A stretch of 32,000 nt of DNA from Wolbachia endosymbiont of Cimex lectularius (GTDB taxonomy: Bacteria > Pseudomonadota > Alphaproteobacteria > Rickettsiales > Anaplasmataceae): positions 1,110,001-1,142,000 of the forward strand of contig NZ_AP013028.1 in assembly GCF_000829315.1 (NCBI RefSeq), written 5' to 3'. The notes below the pieces were generated by a model. The model was not told the DNA's origin, ran no database searches, and saw nothing but the letters and a program-made list of their open reading frames with translations. Shown piece after piece: positions 1 through 10,615 of the stretch. The first letter of the stretch is position 1. The number at the start of each line of letters is the position of its first letter. Position numbers and translations under genes: made by a program.

Positions 1-2
1 TT

Positions 3-446
3 TCTTTAATTGCTGATATTAAAGGCGTTAAGTTAATTGAGGACTATGCCCATCATCCAAATGAAATACAGGCAACTCTGGCAGCAGCGCGCTTGATCAC
101 TAAAGGAAAGGTAATAGGAATTATCGAACCGCTCCGTTTTGCTCGCATTCGTAATTTTTTTGATGAATTCGTACAAGTTTTTATGATGTTTGACTATGTC
201 ATCCTCACTCCTGTTCATCCCCCAGAAGATGAGCCTATTCCCGGTTGTAGAATTGATGATATACAAAAAGCCTTAATCAGCAATGGGTTTAGTAATGTAG
301 AGATTATGAATAATGCTTTGCTCATTTCACATTTCATCAATGATTCGACAAATTCAAGTGATGTAGTACTATTTATTGGTGCTGGTGGTAATATAGCCAA
401 ACTAGCGAAAGAAACTGCAGCACTTATGTCGAAAATAGAGGTTTAA
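3..446 (+). CDS. murC: UDP-N-acetylmuramate--L-alanine ligase, C-terminal part (5' truncated by window edge)
   Basis: Frame open from base 3: [30 protein letters not shown]... contains the Mur ligase EDYAHHPxEI signature; C-term [15 protein letters not shown]. Confidence 0.9.
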   Translation, partial: SLIADIKGVKLIEDYAHHPNEIQATLAAARLITKGKVIGIIEPLRFARIRNFFDEFVQVFMMFDYVILTPVHPPEDEPIPGCRIDDIQKALISNGFSNVEIMNNALLISHFINDSTNSSDVVLFIGAGGNIAKLAKETAALMSKIEV

Positions 447-447
447 C

Positions 448-1725
448 ATGATGAAAAAGATAATTAACAATGTATTTGCAAGAGAAATTTTGGATAGCAG
501 GGGTTACCCAACCGTTGAGGTAGAAGTTGAGCTCTGCGATGGAGCAACAGATAGAGCTTCCGTACCTTCTGGAGCTTCAACCGGTAAACTAGAAGCCTTA
601 GAACTGAGGGATCAAGATGAAAAAAGATATTGTGGTAAAGGAGTGCTGAAAGCTGTTCAGTCTGTGAATGGAGTGATAGCAAATGAAATTGTTGGCATGG
701 ATGCAGCAAACCAGGGTGTGATTGATAAGGCTTTAATAGAGCTAGATGGAACGCAAAACAAATCTAAGCTTGGAGCAAACGCAACTTTAGTGGTGTCTCT
801 TGCCGTTGCAAAAGCAGCGGCAAACAGTTTCAAAATGCCACTATATAAATATTTAGGGGGAGAGCAGGCAAGTGTCGTGCCGGTTCCACTCATTAACATA
901 ATCAATGGCGGGGTACATGCGGACAATGAACTCGATTTTCAAGAATTTATGATTCTTCCTGTTGGGGCTGAAACTTTCAGTGAAGCGATCAGAATGTCTG
1001 CAGAGGTGTTTCATAATTTGCGCAGCATTCTCAAGAAAAAGGGTTACAGCACAAATGTAGGAGATGAAGGCGGTTTTGCACCGAATATCGAAAGCACCGA
1101 AGAAGCTCTTAATCTGATAATTCAGGCTGTAGAGTCTGCCGGTTATTCGATGCAAAGTCACTTTGCACTGGGTCTTGACGTTGCTTCATCTACTTTTTAT
1201 GAAGATAAAATTTACAAATTTGAAAATAGAAAGCTTACTTCAGAGGAATTGGCTGGGTACTATTGCGGCCTTGTCGAAAAATATCCTATAATTTCCATAG
1301 AAGATGCGATGAGTGAAGATGACTACGAAGGCTGGAGGTTACTTACTGCAAGGCTGGGAAATAAAATTCAATTGGTCGGGGATGATTTGTTTGTTACAAA
1401 TTGTGAGCTAATACGCAAAGGAATAGAGGAAAAAATGGCAAATGCTGTACTAATTAAACCAAATCAGATAGGAACATTAACGGAAACTTTGGCCGCTATT
1501 GAAATGGCAAAATCGAATGGCTACAAAGCCGTCATTTCTCATCGATCAGGTGAAACAGAAGACACAACGATATCTCATATAGCAATTGCGTCAAATTGCG
1601 GACAAATAAAGACTGGCTCGCTATCGCGTTCTGATAGACTTGCAAAGTACAACGAGCTAATGAGAATAGAAAGCACGCTGGGAGAAAGTGCTAAATACTA
1701 TCGTGGGTTGGCATGGACTTCATAG
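448..1725 (+). CDS. eno: enolase
   Basis: 425 aa; [58 protein letters not shown] motifs. Confidence 0.98.
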   Translation: MMKKIINNVFAREILDSRGYPTVEVEVELCDGATDRASVPSGASTGKLEALELRDQDEKRYCGKGVLKAVQSVNGVIANEIVGMDAANQGVIDKALIELDGTQNKSKLGANATLVVSLAVAKAAANSFKMPLYKYLGGEQASVVPVPLINIINGGVHADNELDFQEFMILPVGAETFSEAIRMSAEVFHNLRSILKKKGYSTNVGDEGGFAPNIESTEEALNLIIQAVESAGYSMQSHFALGLDVASSTFYEDKIYKFENRKLTSEELAGYYCGLVEKYPIISIEDAMSEDDYEGWRLLTARLGNKIQLVGDDLFVTNCELIRKGIEEKMANAVLIKPNQIGTLTETLAAIEMAKSNGYKAVISHRSGETEDTTISHIAIASNCGQIKTGSLSRSDRLAKYNELMRIESTLGESAKYYRGLAWTS

Positions 1726-2735
1726 ACGAAGTTAGATTGTATCTAAAGGCTGGTGATGGCGGTGATGGCTGCGCGAGTTTTCGTCGAGAAAAATTCGTCG
1801 AATTTGGTGGTCCAAACGGTGGTAATGGAGGGAAGGGAGGAGACATAGTTTTTGTCAGCGATGCAAATCTCAACACTTTGCTTAATTTCCGTTATAGGAG
1901 ACACATTAAAGCAAACGATGGAAAAAGTGGTGCAAGCAGAGATAGGTCTGGCACAGCAGGAAAAGACGTCGTACTTAAAGTTCCGGTTGGGACACAAATA
2001 ATCGATGAAGAAAGTGAGGAGGTGATAGTAGACCTTGATAAACCTGAGATGGAATTCCAAGTAGTGCAAGGTGGAAAAGGTGGACTGGGAAACACCAATT
2101 TTAAATCTTCTACTAACAGGGCACCAAGACATTTTACCTACGGCCAGCCTGGCGAAGAAAAATATGTATTATTAAAACTAAAAGTTTTATCTGACGTTGG
2201 CATTATCGGCATGCCAAATGCAGGTAAATCGAAGTTTTTAACTCGCTGTTCAAATGCAGATACAAAAGTAGGTGATTATCCATTCACCACGATAAGACCA
2301 CATTTAGGTGTAGCAAAAGTGGGTGATAGCGAAATTGTAATAGCAGATATTCCTGGAATAATCTCCGATGCTCACCTTGGAGTTGGGCTTGGACATAAAT
2401 TTTTGAAGCACATAGAAAGGTGTAAAATTTTACTGCATTTAATTGATGTAACTCACGATGATGTCATTTCAGCGTATGATTGCACACACAATGAGTTAGA
2501 GCTTTACAATAGTGATCTTGTTAGAAAAGAGGAAGTTGTGGTGTTAAACAAATGTGACTTATCGGAAGAAGCAGAAATTCTGGAGAAGAAGAATCATTTG
2601 GCTAACTATCTTGATAAAGAAGTACTATGCTTATCAATTGATGATGATTTACAGCCCATTTTAAGGTTATTAAGTGAAAAATTGAAAAAGAACAACCCTA
2701 GGGAAACTGATGTATATGATCCTTTTAAGGCATGA
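1713..2735 (+). CDS. obgE: Obg-family GTPase
   Basis: Glycine-rich Obg fold [24 protein letters not shown]1 [13 protein letters not shown]3 DIPG, G4 NKCD. Overlaps the eno 3' end. Confidence 0.97.
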   Translation: MDFIDEVRLYLKAGDGGDGCASFRREKFVEFGGPNGGNGGKGGDIVFVSDANLNTLLNFRYRRHIKANDGKSGASRDRSGTAGKDVVLKVPVGTQIIDEESEEVIVDLDKPEMEFQVVQGGKGGLGNTNFKSSTNRAPRHFTYGQPGEEKYVLLKLKVLSDVGIIGMPNAGKSKFLTRCSNADTKVGDYPFTTIRPHLGVAKVGDSEIVIADIPGIISDAHLGVGLGHKFLKHIERCKILLHLIDVTHDDVISAYDCTHNELELYNSDLVRKEEVVVLNKCDLSEEAEILEKKNHLANYLDKEVLCLSIDDDLQPILRLLSEKLKKNNPRETDVYDPFKA

Positions 2736-3160
2736 ATTTCCCGTTCAATGGCCACGTGTAAACAAGTCCGATATTACTTCCACCGACTTGAGCAATTTTC
2801 TGTTAAGAATGTGATATTTTAGACATAAAGTCCCCTCATGTAAAAAATTCAGAAAAAATGCAACGCACATACGACAGAGATTAAGCACGTGTGTGCACCC
2901 ACGCACACTGAAGAAGATACGCTACATTTTTTTTTGTTGTTTAATAAAAAAAGTCTGCAGACGGAGATAGATTTTGAGCTCTCTAAATATCTCTACTGTA
3001 ATTATAGTAACACTGGATAAATAGGCGAAGTAATTTTTTACTGGAAATCCATTTTATGCCAAATCTCTATGGTAAATTAAAAAGTTTCCCCTACGATAAG
3101 AGATTTAGCGAATTTATTATGTATCTTGTTTGATAACGAAAGTTGGTGTAACCTTTATGC

Positions 3161-3530
3161 TTAAGAAATTTACTAAATAAAAAAAAAGCAAAAGAAACCC
3201 CGTGGTGGCTAGTTATTTACTTTTGTGTCGAAATATCGGCGTTTTTTTTATTCTAAACGCTTGATGAATGCGACTTAGCTGCAAACGTTTAAAAAATTTA
3301 CTAAACAGAAAAAGCAGCAAAAGAAACCCCGGTAGCTAGTTATTTACTATCTATCCTATAATATTGGCGTTTTTTTATGTTTGAAACGACTTATAAGCGC
3401 GTTTGAGCTTGTATAGGTAAGAAACCAGAAGTTTTTTTGTCGTTTAATCTGCACAGGCTGAAGATAAATAATAGCTTCAGTCTTATAATAACAGGGTTGG
3501 CGAAGGTTGTCAAGTAGTTTTTTTGACTCT
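3161..3530 (+). repeat. Dispersed intergenic repeat, family B copy 1
   Basis: ttaagaaatttactaaataaaaaaaaagcaaaagaaacccc ... tttgaaacgacttataagcgcgtttgagcttgtataggtaa ... gcgaaggttgtcaagtagtttttt. Confidence 0.85.
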
Positions 3531-3606
3531 GTTTCTATGAACTACTTGGATGACACAGTTTTCGTATAGTAGGAGCATCTGTGAAGCCTATGTTCTACAA
3601 CAGAAC

Positions 3607-3906
3607 CTACTTAGGTATGAAATTACTCGCGTAAGACTTTGGGCGTCTCTTAATGTCTTTTGGCATTTCAATTATATATTTAGCATTGCGTCTTTTTGCG
3701 TAAAATACCGCTTTTTCAAGGGAATCAAACTTTAATACAATCTGTTTTTTGGGGTTTTTTGAGCCAACCCATCCCATCAGAGGTTCAATATAGTAAGGAT
3801 CAGGTTCAGTTCTTAGGTGCCAAAAGTGTGTATTACCTAAGCCAGATTGTGTTGCAGTTCTTGTTGGTTTGTAAATCTTAAAAACTACTCTATCATCAAT
3901 GCTCAT
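3607..3906 (-). CDS. NADH-quinone oxidoreductase NDUFS4-like (ETC complex I 18 kDa type) subunit
   Basis: Short protein with KPTRTATQSGLGNTHFWHLRTEP...PLMGWVGSKNPKKQIVLKFDSLEKAVFYAKR, typical of NDUFS4-like proteins in alphaproteobacteria. Confidence 0.85.
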   Translation of the reverse strand: MSIDDRVVFKIYKPTRTATQSGLGNTHFWHLRTEPDPYYIEPLMGWVGSKNPKKQIVLKFDSLEKAVFYAKRRNAKYIIEMPKDIKRRPKSYASNFIPK

Positions 3907-4058
3907 GGCTTTTGCTAAATAAACTAAAATATATACCTAAATAAATCCCTGTACAAACAATTAACGTGGGCTCCTTTTCTCTTTATAATGGAACAATATA
4001 GTTTTTACAAATTCAAAAATCAGTGTTAAATAAAGGTATAAACATAAAAAGAAAAAAA

Positions 4059-4703
4059 ATGATTGAACTTAAAGGTCCAGAAATTTGTGCGAGTGGAAAT
4101 AAGAAAAATTTAATTGTTTGCTTACACGGCTGGGGATCAAGCGGTGATAACTTTGTTCATCTTGCTAAAGTTATGGGCAAATCTTTATCTGATTCATGTT
4201 TTATAGCACCAAGTGCTCCATTTGAAAGGGAAATAGGTGATGGTTATCAATGGTTCAGCTTAGAGGATCGCAGTGAAGAGGCGCTATATAATGGAGTAAA
4301 GAGTGCTGCATCGATAGTAAATCATTTTATTGATACGAAGTTAAAAGAGCTTAGCTTAAATGATGCACAGCTTTCTTTGATTGGGTTTTCCCAGGGGGCA
4401 ATGCTTGCAATACACACAGCTCTTACCCGCTCTCAGTCTTGTGCATCGGTTGTTGCATATTCTGGTAGGTTTCTTTCACCTTCAAAAGTTGCACCAGAGA
4501 TCAAATCAAAGCCCAACATGTGCATTATCCACGGTGATGCTGACGATGTAGTACCTTTTTCTTCTCTTGATTTGACAGTTAAAGCTCTGAAAGAAAATGG
4601 AATAAATGTTGAGGGGCACCCAATTCATGCGTTGGGCCACATTATCAATGAAGAAGGAATAAGATTGGGTGTAGAATTTATTAAGAAAAATTTCAAAAAC
4701 TAA
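4059..4703 (+). CDS. alpha/beta hydrolase, phospholipase/carboxylesterase family
   Basis: LHGWGSSGDNFVHLAK, GFSQGAML nucleophile elbow, IHGDADDVVP, ALGHIIN. Start placed at the internal Met (MIELKGPE); ORF track starts at 4023. Confidence 0.88.
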   Translation: MIELKGPEICASGNKKNLIVCLHGWGSSGDNFVHLAKVMGKSLSDSCFIAPSAPFEREIGDGYQWFSLEDRSEEALYNGVKSAASIVNHFIDTKLKELSLNDAQLSLIGFSQGAMLAIHTALTRSQSCASVVAYSGRFLSPSKVAPEIKSKPNMCIIHGDADDVVPFSSLDLTVKALKENGINVEGHPIHALGHIINEEGIRLGVEFIKKNFKN

Positions 4704-4708
4704 TTTTC

Positions 4709-5521
4709 ATGCACTTGTTTTGCTTCGGTTATGGATATGTAGCTAGGTTTCTATCGAAAAAGTTACTGAATTTAGATTGGAAAGTTAGCGGCACTTCAAG
4801 AAATCAAGGTATACGAAGCGTTAGTCTCTTTAATTACAATGAAGTGAGCAAAGATACATTTCAAGATGTAACACATATTTTAATTTCCATCCCGCCAGAT
4901 GGTGATGATGTGCTGGAGAGATATGGTCATTGCTTTCAAAATGTCAAATGGCTTGGTTATCTATCTGCAACTAGTGTCTATGGCGACCACGCTGGTAATT
5001 GGGTTACAGAAGAATCTGAAACAAAACCTGCAGAACACAGAGGAGAAAATCGCCTTAGATCCGAAAAGAAATGGCTAAATAGCAATTTACCTGTTCATGT
5101 TTTTCGTTTGGCTGGAATATACGGTCCCGGTAGAAACGTATTAGTTGATTTGCAACTCAGTAAAGCAAGAAATGTGCGAAAAGAAGGACATTTTTTTTCT
5201 CGTATTCATGTTGAAGATATATCGAATATTTTATTTTCTTCCATGCAAAGCATAAAACCCGGTGAAATATACAATTGTGCAGACGACTTGCCCGCTACAC
5301 AATCTGAAGTGGTAGTATACGCGGCAAAACTTCTGAATGTTAGTGCGCCAGAGCCAGTGGAGGTTTCTTCCTTGCCTAACTGTGCGCAGAGTTTTTATTT
5401 AGGGTCAAAAAAAGTAAGCAATGTTAAAGTTAAAAGAGATCTTGGCATCTCTCTAGTTTATCCTAACTATAAGGTAGGGTTGGAGAGCTTATACGCTGAA
5501 GAGTTGAAGTCACATATTTAA
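4709..5521 (+). CDS. NAD-dependent epimerase/dehydratase-like SDR protein (YeeZ-like)
   Basis: N-term FCFGYGYVARFLSKKLL, YLSATSVYGDHAGNWVTEES, VFRLAGIYGPGRN. Confidence 0.82.
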   Translation: MHLFCFGYGYVARFLSKKLLNLDWKVSGTSRNQGIRSVSLFNYNEVSKDTFQDVTHILISIPPDGDDVLERYGHCFQNVKWLGYLSATSVYGDHAGNWVTEESETKPAEHRGENRLRSEKKWLNSNLPVHVFRLAGIYGPGRNVLVDLQLSKARNVRKEGHFFSRIHVEDISNILFSSMQSIKPGEIYNCADDLPATQSEVVVYAAKLLNVSAPEPVEVSSLPNCAQSFYLGSKKVSNVKVKRDLGISLVYPNYKVGLESLYAEELKSHI

Positions 5522-5561
5522 TATCTATTCAGAGGCATGATGAATATTGAAGCAAAAGTGG

Positions 5562-5812
5562 TGTCATGTAAGTAGCTGATACATGGTTGTACGAATATCG
5601 CAATTTGAGCCTACCAGGAGGATGTTATCCCAGTGCCCAGACACTGGGATCCAGCAAAACTGATCATAAACAAGAGCACTATACAGCATTTTCAATGAGA
5701 CTACCAAAAACTGGATGCCAGTGTCAAGCACTGGCATGACACCATTTTTTGTATAAATTACTCTTACAAACAAATGTTCGTACAACCATGTGTCAGCTAC
5801 TTGTATGACATC
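5562..5812. repeat. Palindromic intergenic repeat, family A copy 1
   Basis: Left arm gtgtcatgtaagtagctgatacatggttgtacgaat matches, imperfectly, the reverse complement of the right arm ttcgtacaaccatgtgtcagctacttgtatgacatc; internal cccagtgcccagacactggg and ccagtgtcaagcactgg palindromes. Confidence 0.8.
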
Positions 5813-5949
5813 TTTTAAAAAAGGCAGAGGTGATAGATTTTGATGAGGATATAATTGAAAGCTTGAACAGGCTATGTTAACCCTTACAAGCCTAAGTAAA
5901 AGGAAGAGGCAGAAATTACTCTACCTCTTATTGGTTAACTTTAAGCTGC

Positions 5950-6660
5950 TTACTTACCAGTAGCTTTTTTTATAGCTCCCTCTATTGCAACATCTGCTAA
6001 TTTAGCTGATACGCCGTCTTTTAAAGTTTCATGGTCTTGGTTACTTACTGCAACTTTTAATGAAGTAGCATTTTCAGCCGCACCTAACGCTTTCATTATT
6101 TCAGCATGATTACTGTATTTGGTTTCACCAACTTCAATCGAATCCACTGTAATAACATTTTCATTAACAGTATAGTTGAGAACGGTTGTATCTTTACCTA
6201 TTGAGAACAGGTACAGAACTTTACCTGTGTTGTTCTTCGTTAATGCTTCTTTAACCTGATTCGAAAGTTTCAGAAGTAATTTATTACCTTCTCCTTTAAC
6301 AATTTCACCACTCTTTACAGCATCACCAAGAAGAGCAGAGAAGTCTGCATCGTTACCATTTACACCAGGCGTACCATCTTGACCCTTAGCTCCTTCCATT
6401 GAATACAGTTGCTGATATGAAGAAATAGATCTTGCGACGAAGTATATAGCAACATAGGAAACTATTGCTGCTATTACCCAAGGGTTAGCAAGAAATGCTG
6501 GGAGTGCTGAAGAAAGTGCTACCCCTTTCGCTGCAGCATAAATAACGGTTGCCGCTGTTGCTACAGCTGCAACTGCAAACCCAAATTCCATAGTTGTTTT
6601 TGTGATATGTGCAGTGTTTTTCAACTTCCATATGCTTTGATCTTGTGTTTGTACAGTCAT
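5950..6660 (-). CDS. hypothetical membrane protein with short collagen-like Gly-X-Y tract
   Basis: 236 aa; two hydrophobic segments near the N-terminus (FAVAAVATAATVIYAAA; PWVIAAIVSYVAIYFVA), then GAKGQDGTPGVNGND and a soluble C-terminal domain. Confidence 0.75.
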   Translation of the reverse strand: MTVQTQDQSIWKLKNTAHITKTTMEFGFAVAAVATAATVIYAAAKGVALSSALPAFLANPWVIAAIVSYVAIYFVARSISSYQQLYSMEGAKGQDGTPGVNGNDADFSALLGDAVKSGEIVKGEGNKLLLKLSNQVKEALTKNNTGKVLYLFSIGKDTTVLNYTVNENVITVDSIEVGETKYSNHAEIMKALGAAENATSLKVAVSNQDHETLKDGVSAKLADVAIEGAIKKATGK

Positions 6661-6804
6661 AATAACCTCTTAAAATAACACTAATAAAAACTTAAATATA
6701 TACTAATAACACATGTTAGTCAAGTCTTTTTTTATAATAATTTAATAAAATAAGTATATTCTGAGTTACTTCCTAAATTGCTACTAATCATGTACAGTTA
6801 ATAT

Positions 6805-7671
6805 ATGATACATGGTTGGCTGAATCTCGACAAAACAATAGGAATTAGTTCTGCACAAGCTGTAACTCAAGTTAAGAAGATTTTTGGAATTAAAAAGGCT
6901 GGTCATTTGGGAACACTTGACCCCTTAGCTTCAGGTGTGTTGCCAATTGCCCTTGGTGAAGCGACAAAAACTATACCATACTTATCTTGTGATTCAAAGG
7001 CATACAATTTCACAATAAAATGGGGAGAGCAAAAAACCACAGACGATTTAGATGGTGATACTATTAAAGCTAGCAACATAAAACCTGAGTATAACCAAAT
7101 AAACTGCGCGATCAAGAACTTTGTTGGTGAGATATCACAAACTCCTCCTCAATTCTCAGCAATAAAAATCAACGGGACAAGGGCGTATAAATTAGCAAGA
7201 AGTGGGCAAAAAGCGAATATAAAGTCCCGCTTAGTGCAGATATATGAACTGAAATTGATCTCTGCTAATACCATAAACAACAGTGCTGATTTTTCTATGT
7301 TATGCGGTAGTGGCGTATATGTGAGGTCAATTGCAAGAGATCTTGGAATTGCATTAAATTGCTTTGGACATATCACACAATTAAGAAGGACCATGGTAGG
7401 CAGTTTTAGAGAAACCGAATCAGTGACAATTGAACGGCTTACAAAAAAAGATAAAATTATCCCCATCGCATCAGCTTTAAAATCAATGTTCAAGGTTGAA
7501 ATTTCCACAGAGGAAGCGGAGAAAATCAGAAAAGGTCAGGAAATCGTATTAAATAACTTGCGTAATTTAAAGAATTATGATATTTTTTGTACGATAGTGG
7601 GTAATGTACCCGTTGCAATCTGCAGTTTTACTTATGGTTGTGTAAAACCTATTCGTGTTTTTAATGTTTGA
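6805..7671 (+). CDS. truB: tRNA pseudouridine(55) synthase
   Basis: GWLNLDKTIGISSAQAV, KAGHLGTLDPLASGVLPIALGEATK catalytic motif, GVYVRSIARDLG. Confidence 0.97.
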   Translation: MIHGWLNLDKTIGISSAQAVTQVKKIFGIKKAGHLGTLDPLASGVLPIALGEATKTIPYLSCDSKAYNFTIKWGEQKTTDDLDGDTIKASNIKPEYNQINCAIKNFVGEISQTPPQFSAIKINGTRAYKLARSGQKANIKSRLVQIYELKLISANTINNSADFSMLCGSGVYVRSIARDLGIALNCFGHITQLRRTMVGSFRETESVTIERLTKKDKIIPIASALKSMFKVEISTEEAEKIRKGQEIVLNNLRNLKNYDIFCTIVGNVPVAICSFTYGCVKPIRVFNV

Positions 7672-7683
7672 AATGAGGTTTAG

Positions 7684-7956
7684 ATGTCAATAACATCAGA
7701 AAAGAAAAAGAATTTAATAAATGTATATGCAATTAAAGAAAATGACACAGGTTCATCTTTTGTACAATGTGCTATTTTAACCGAAAGGATCAGTAACTTA
7801 ACTGAGCACTTTAAAGTGCACAAGCATGACCATCACTCTAAGCGTGGTTTACTTATATTAATAGGTAGAAGACGCAAACATTTAAATTATATAAAGCATA
7901 AGTTTGGTAATCAGGCCTATCAGGAGTTAATAGAGAAGTTAGGCATTAGAAAATAA
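7684..7956 (+). CDS. rpsO: 30S ribosomal protein S15
   Basis: 90 aa between truB and pnp; [32 protein letters not shown]. Confidence 0.96.
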   Translation: MSITSEKKKNLINVYAIKENDTGSSFVQCAILTERISNLTEHFKVHKHDHHSKRGLLILIGRRRKHLNYIKHKFGNQAYQELIEKLGIRK

Positions 7957-7970
7957 TCGAGGAATTTTGT

Positions 7971-10238
7971 ATGTTTGAAATTATAAAAAAATCTATAGAC
8001 TGGGGTGGTCGTACCTTATCTTTAGAAACTGGAAAAATAGCACGTCAAGCTGATGGTTCAGTGGTTGTAAATTACGGGGATACTTCCATTTTAGTAACTG
8101 TTGTACGTAAAAAGAAGGAAGAAAATGTTGATTTCCTGCCTCTAAATGTACAGTTTATTGCAAAAAGCTATGCCATGGGCAAGATTCCCGGTGGCTTTTT
8201 TAAAAGAGAAGGTAAGCCATCTGATAGGGAAACTCTAATTTCAAGGGTAATAGATAGAAGTATAAGACCGCTATTCCCAGAAGGTTTTCACGATGAAGTT
8301 AGCGTGGTATGCAATTTATTAACTTATGATACGGTCAACCCTCCTGAAGTGCCAGCATTGATTGGTACTGTTGCAGCCCTTGCAATTTCTGGTGTTCCTT
8401 TTTACTCCACCATAGCTGGAGCTTTGGTTGGTTGTGATGAAAATAACAACTATATACTCAACCCTTCTGTTCAAGAGATGAAAACAAGCAGTTTAGATCT
8501 GTTTTTATCTGGCGACGAGCATTCAATTTTGATGGTTGAATCAGAGGTAAAGGGGCTTTCTGAAGAAAATGTTCTAAGCGCAATAAAATTTGGTCATGAG
8601 CACCTTCAACCCGTCATTAAGCTTATAAAAGAGTTCGCTGACGCAATTGGCAAGAAATCTAAGAGCTTCACTCCTGTTGATATGTCAGACATAATGCAGG
8701 ATCTTGAAAAGTACAGTAAAGATTTTGAAAGTGCGTACTCACAAACAGTAAAACAACAGCGAGCTCAAACTTTAGAAGCGCTCAGAGGTGATATATTAAA
8801 CACTCTTAAGGAAGCTGGAAAAGATGAGAAATTAATTACATATGCAATAAAAAGCTTTGAAAGATCCTTAGTGCGCGAGATAATTAAAAAGAAAGGTATG
8901 AGGATAGACGGTCGTAAGCACGATGAAATACGTCAGATAGAGGTTGAAGTTGACATTTTATCTAGAACCCATGGTTCTGCATTATTTACAAGAGGTAGTA
9001 CTCAGGCACTGGTTGTTACTGCTCTTGGTACTACACAAGACGAGCAAATTGTAGATGACATTGAAGGTGATAGACGTGAACATTTCATGTTGCATTACAA
9101 TTTTCCTTCATTTGCTGTTGGAAAGGCTTCTGCTATACGCGCACCAGGAAGAAGAGAAATAGGTCATGGTAAACTTGCTTGGAAAGCAATTCATCCTGTT
9201 TTACCTGATAAATCCGAATTTCCTTACACAATAAGAGTAGTATCCGAAATTATGGAATCAGATGGTTCTTCTTCTATGGCAACAGTTTGCGGAACTTCCC
9301 TTGCCTTAATGGATACAGGCGTGCCAATAAGGGCTCCCGTTGCTGGAATTGCTATGGGCCTCATCAAGGATAAAGATGAGTATACAATACTTTCCGATAT
9401 CCTGGGTGATGAAGATTATCTTGGCGATATGGACTTTAAAGTAGCAGGAACTAGTGAAGGAATTACGGCACTGCAGATGGATATGAAAATTTCTGGTATA
9501 AGTTTTGAAATTGTTGAAAAATCTTTGGAACAAGCAAAAGCTGGAAGGTTGCATATCTTAGAAAAAATGAATGCAGTGATTTCAGAACATAGCGATGATG
9601 TGAAAAGCCATGCACCAAGAATGGTATCATTTTACATAGATAAAGATAAAATTTCTGCAGCTATTGGTGCTAAAGGAAAAAATATACGCAGTGTGTGTGA
9701 AAGAAGTAATGCAAAAATTGAGATAGGGGATGACGGCAAAGTTTCTGTGTTTGCCATGAGTAGCACTGAAGCTGAAATTGCAAAAAATATGTTGATTGAT
9801 TCAATAACAGAACTAGAGCAAGGTGCAATAGTTGATGCTAAGGTTATAAAAATAGATAAGTCTATTGTAGAGCTTGAACTTCTCAATGGAAGAAAAGGAA
9901 AAATGCACATAAGTGAAGTGGCTAATCAGCATATAGAGTCTATTGAGGATATCCTTAAACAGGGTGATATCTTCAAAGCGCTGGTAATTGATTTTGAAAA
10001 AGGTGGATGCCCGAAATTGTCAAGACGTCGCGTTGATCAAGGAACAGGCGAATTTTTTGAAGGCGAGCTCTATAATGAAGAAAAGAAAGATGGTTCAAGT
10101 GATAGGGATTATTATAGTAGTTCATACAATAGAAAACCTGGGCATCGTAAGAGACCTACTCGTCCTCGTTCTGGCTTCAGTAACAGGAGTAACAGACCAC
10201 AATTTGGTAGTGATGATTCATCATCGAGCTTTTATTGA
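7971..10238 (+). CDS. pnp: polyribonucleotide nucleotidyltransferase
   Basis: 755 aa; FFKREGKPSDRETLISRVIDRSIRPLFPEGF, MHYNFPSFAVG, KH motif IGAKGKNIRSVCE, S1 domain VVDAKVIKIDKSIVELELLNGRKGKMHISEV. Confidence 0.98.
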   Translation: MFEIIKKSIDWGGRTLSLETGKIARQADGSVVVNYGDTSILVTVVRKKKEENVDFLPLNVQFIAKSYAMGKIPGGFFKREGKPSDRETLISRVIDRSIRPLFPEGFHDEVSVVCNLLTYDTVNPPEVPALIGTVAALAISGVPFYSTIAGALVGCDENNNYILNPSVQEMKTSSLDLFLSGDEHSILMVESEVKGLSEENVLSAIKFGHEHLQPVIKLIKEFADAIGKKSKSFTPVDMSDIMQDLEKYSKDFESAYSQTVKQQRAQTLEALRGDILNTLKEAGKDEKLITYAIKSFERSLVREIIKKKGMRIDGRKHDEIRQIEVEVDILSRTHGSALFTRGSTQALVVTALGTTQDEQIVDDIEGDRREHFMLHYNFPSFAVGKASAIRAPGRREIGHGKLAWKAIHPVLPDKSEFPYTIRVVSEIMESDGSSSMATVCGTSLALMDTGVPIRAPVAGIAMGLIKDKDEYTILSDILGDEDYLGDMDFKVAGTSEGITALQMDMKISGISFEIVEKSLEQAKAGRLHILEKMNAVISEHSDDVKSHAPRMVSFYIDKDKISAAIGAKGKNIRSVCERSNAKIEIGDDGKVSVFAMSSTEAEIAKNMLIDSITELEQGAIVDAKVIKIDKSIVELELLNGRKGKMHISEVANQHIESIEDILKQGDIFKALVIDFEKGGCPKLSRRRVDQGTGEFFEGELYNEEKKDGSSDRDYYSSSYNRKPGHRKRPTRPRSGFSNRSNRPQFGSDDSSSSFY

Positions 10239-10239
10239 G

Positions 10240-10259
10240 AGTAGATTTCTTGTATTACC
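10240..10259 (+). repeat. Left copy of 20-bp direct repeat agtagatttcttgtattacc
   Basis: Perfect match to 10616-10635. Confidence 0.85.
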
Positions 10260-10359
10260 AATTTATGTAAGAAATTTTTAGGAGAAACGCAACCGCAGAA
10301 TACTTGTAGTATTTGAGGAGCGGAAGCAAGTTTTGACGTAGAAATTACCACCAGAAAGC

Positions 10360-10588
10360 CACAACTGTACGAACATTGTGATTTGAGCTTACCACTAGGG
10401 TGTCATGCCAGTGCTTGACACTGGGATCCAGGAATTTTATTAAGTTGGTGAGTATAAAAGTAGCTGTTTTATGTTAAAACACGACGTTTTTGATGATTAT
10501 GGAAATGCTGGATCCCAGTGTCGGAGCACTGGCATGACACCGTCTGTTACGCAAATTACCTGCTAATCACAATGTTCGTACAGTTGTG
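10360..10588. repeat. Palindromic repeat, family A copy 2 (~229 bp)
   Basis: Terminal inverted repeats cacaactgtacgaacattgtgatt / aatcacaatgttcgtacagttgtg; internal tgccagtgcttgacactgggatcca and tggatcccagtgtcggagcactggca. Confidence 0.9.
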
Positions 10589-10615
10589 CCAGGAAGCAGG
10601 TAATGCAAGAGATCT

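Noticed and set aside
464-1161. Minus-strand ORFs inside eno (464-709, 657-926, 853-1161)
   Set aside because: Antisense to a well-conserved enolase, with no recognisable domains.
1691-2132. Minus-strand ORFs inside obg
   Set aside because: Shadow ORFs of the glycine-rich Obg coding sequence.
3161-3530. CRISPR-like array
   Set aside because: The repeated motifs are long, few and irregularly spaced, with no uniform spacers and no cas genes nearby.
3550-3881. Plus-strand ORFs 3550-3735 and 3696-3881
   Set aside because: Mostly antisense to the NDUFS4-like gene; no protein-like features.
9306-10281. ORFs overlapping pnp (9306-9554, 9632-9910, 9988-10281)
   Set aside because: Out-of-frame or antisense readings of the PNPase coding sequence.
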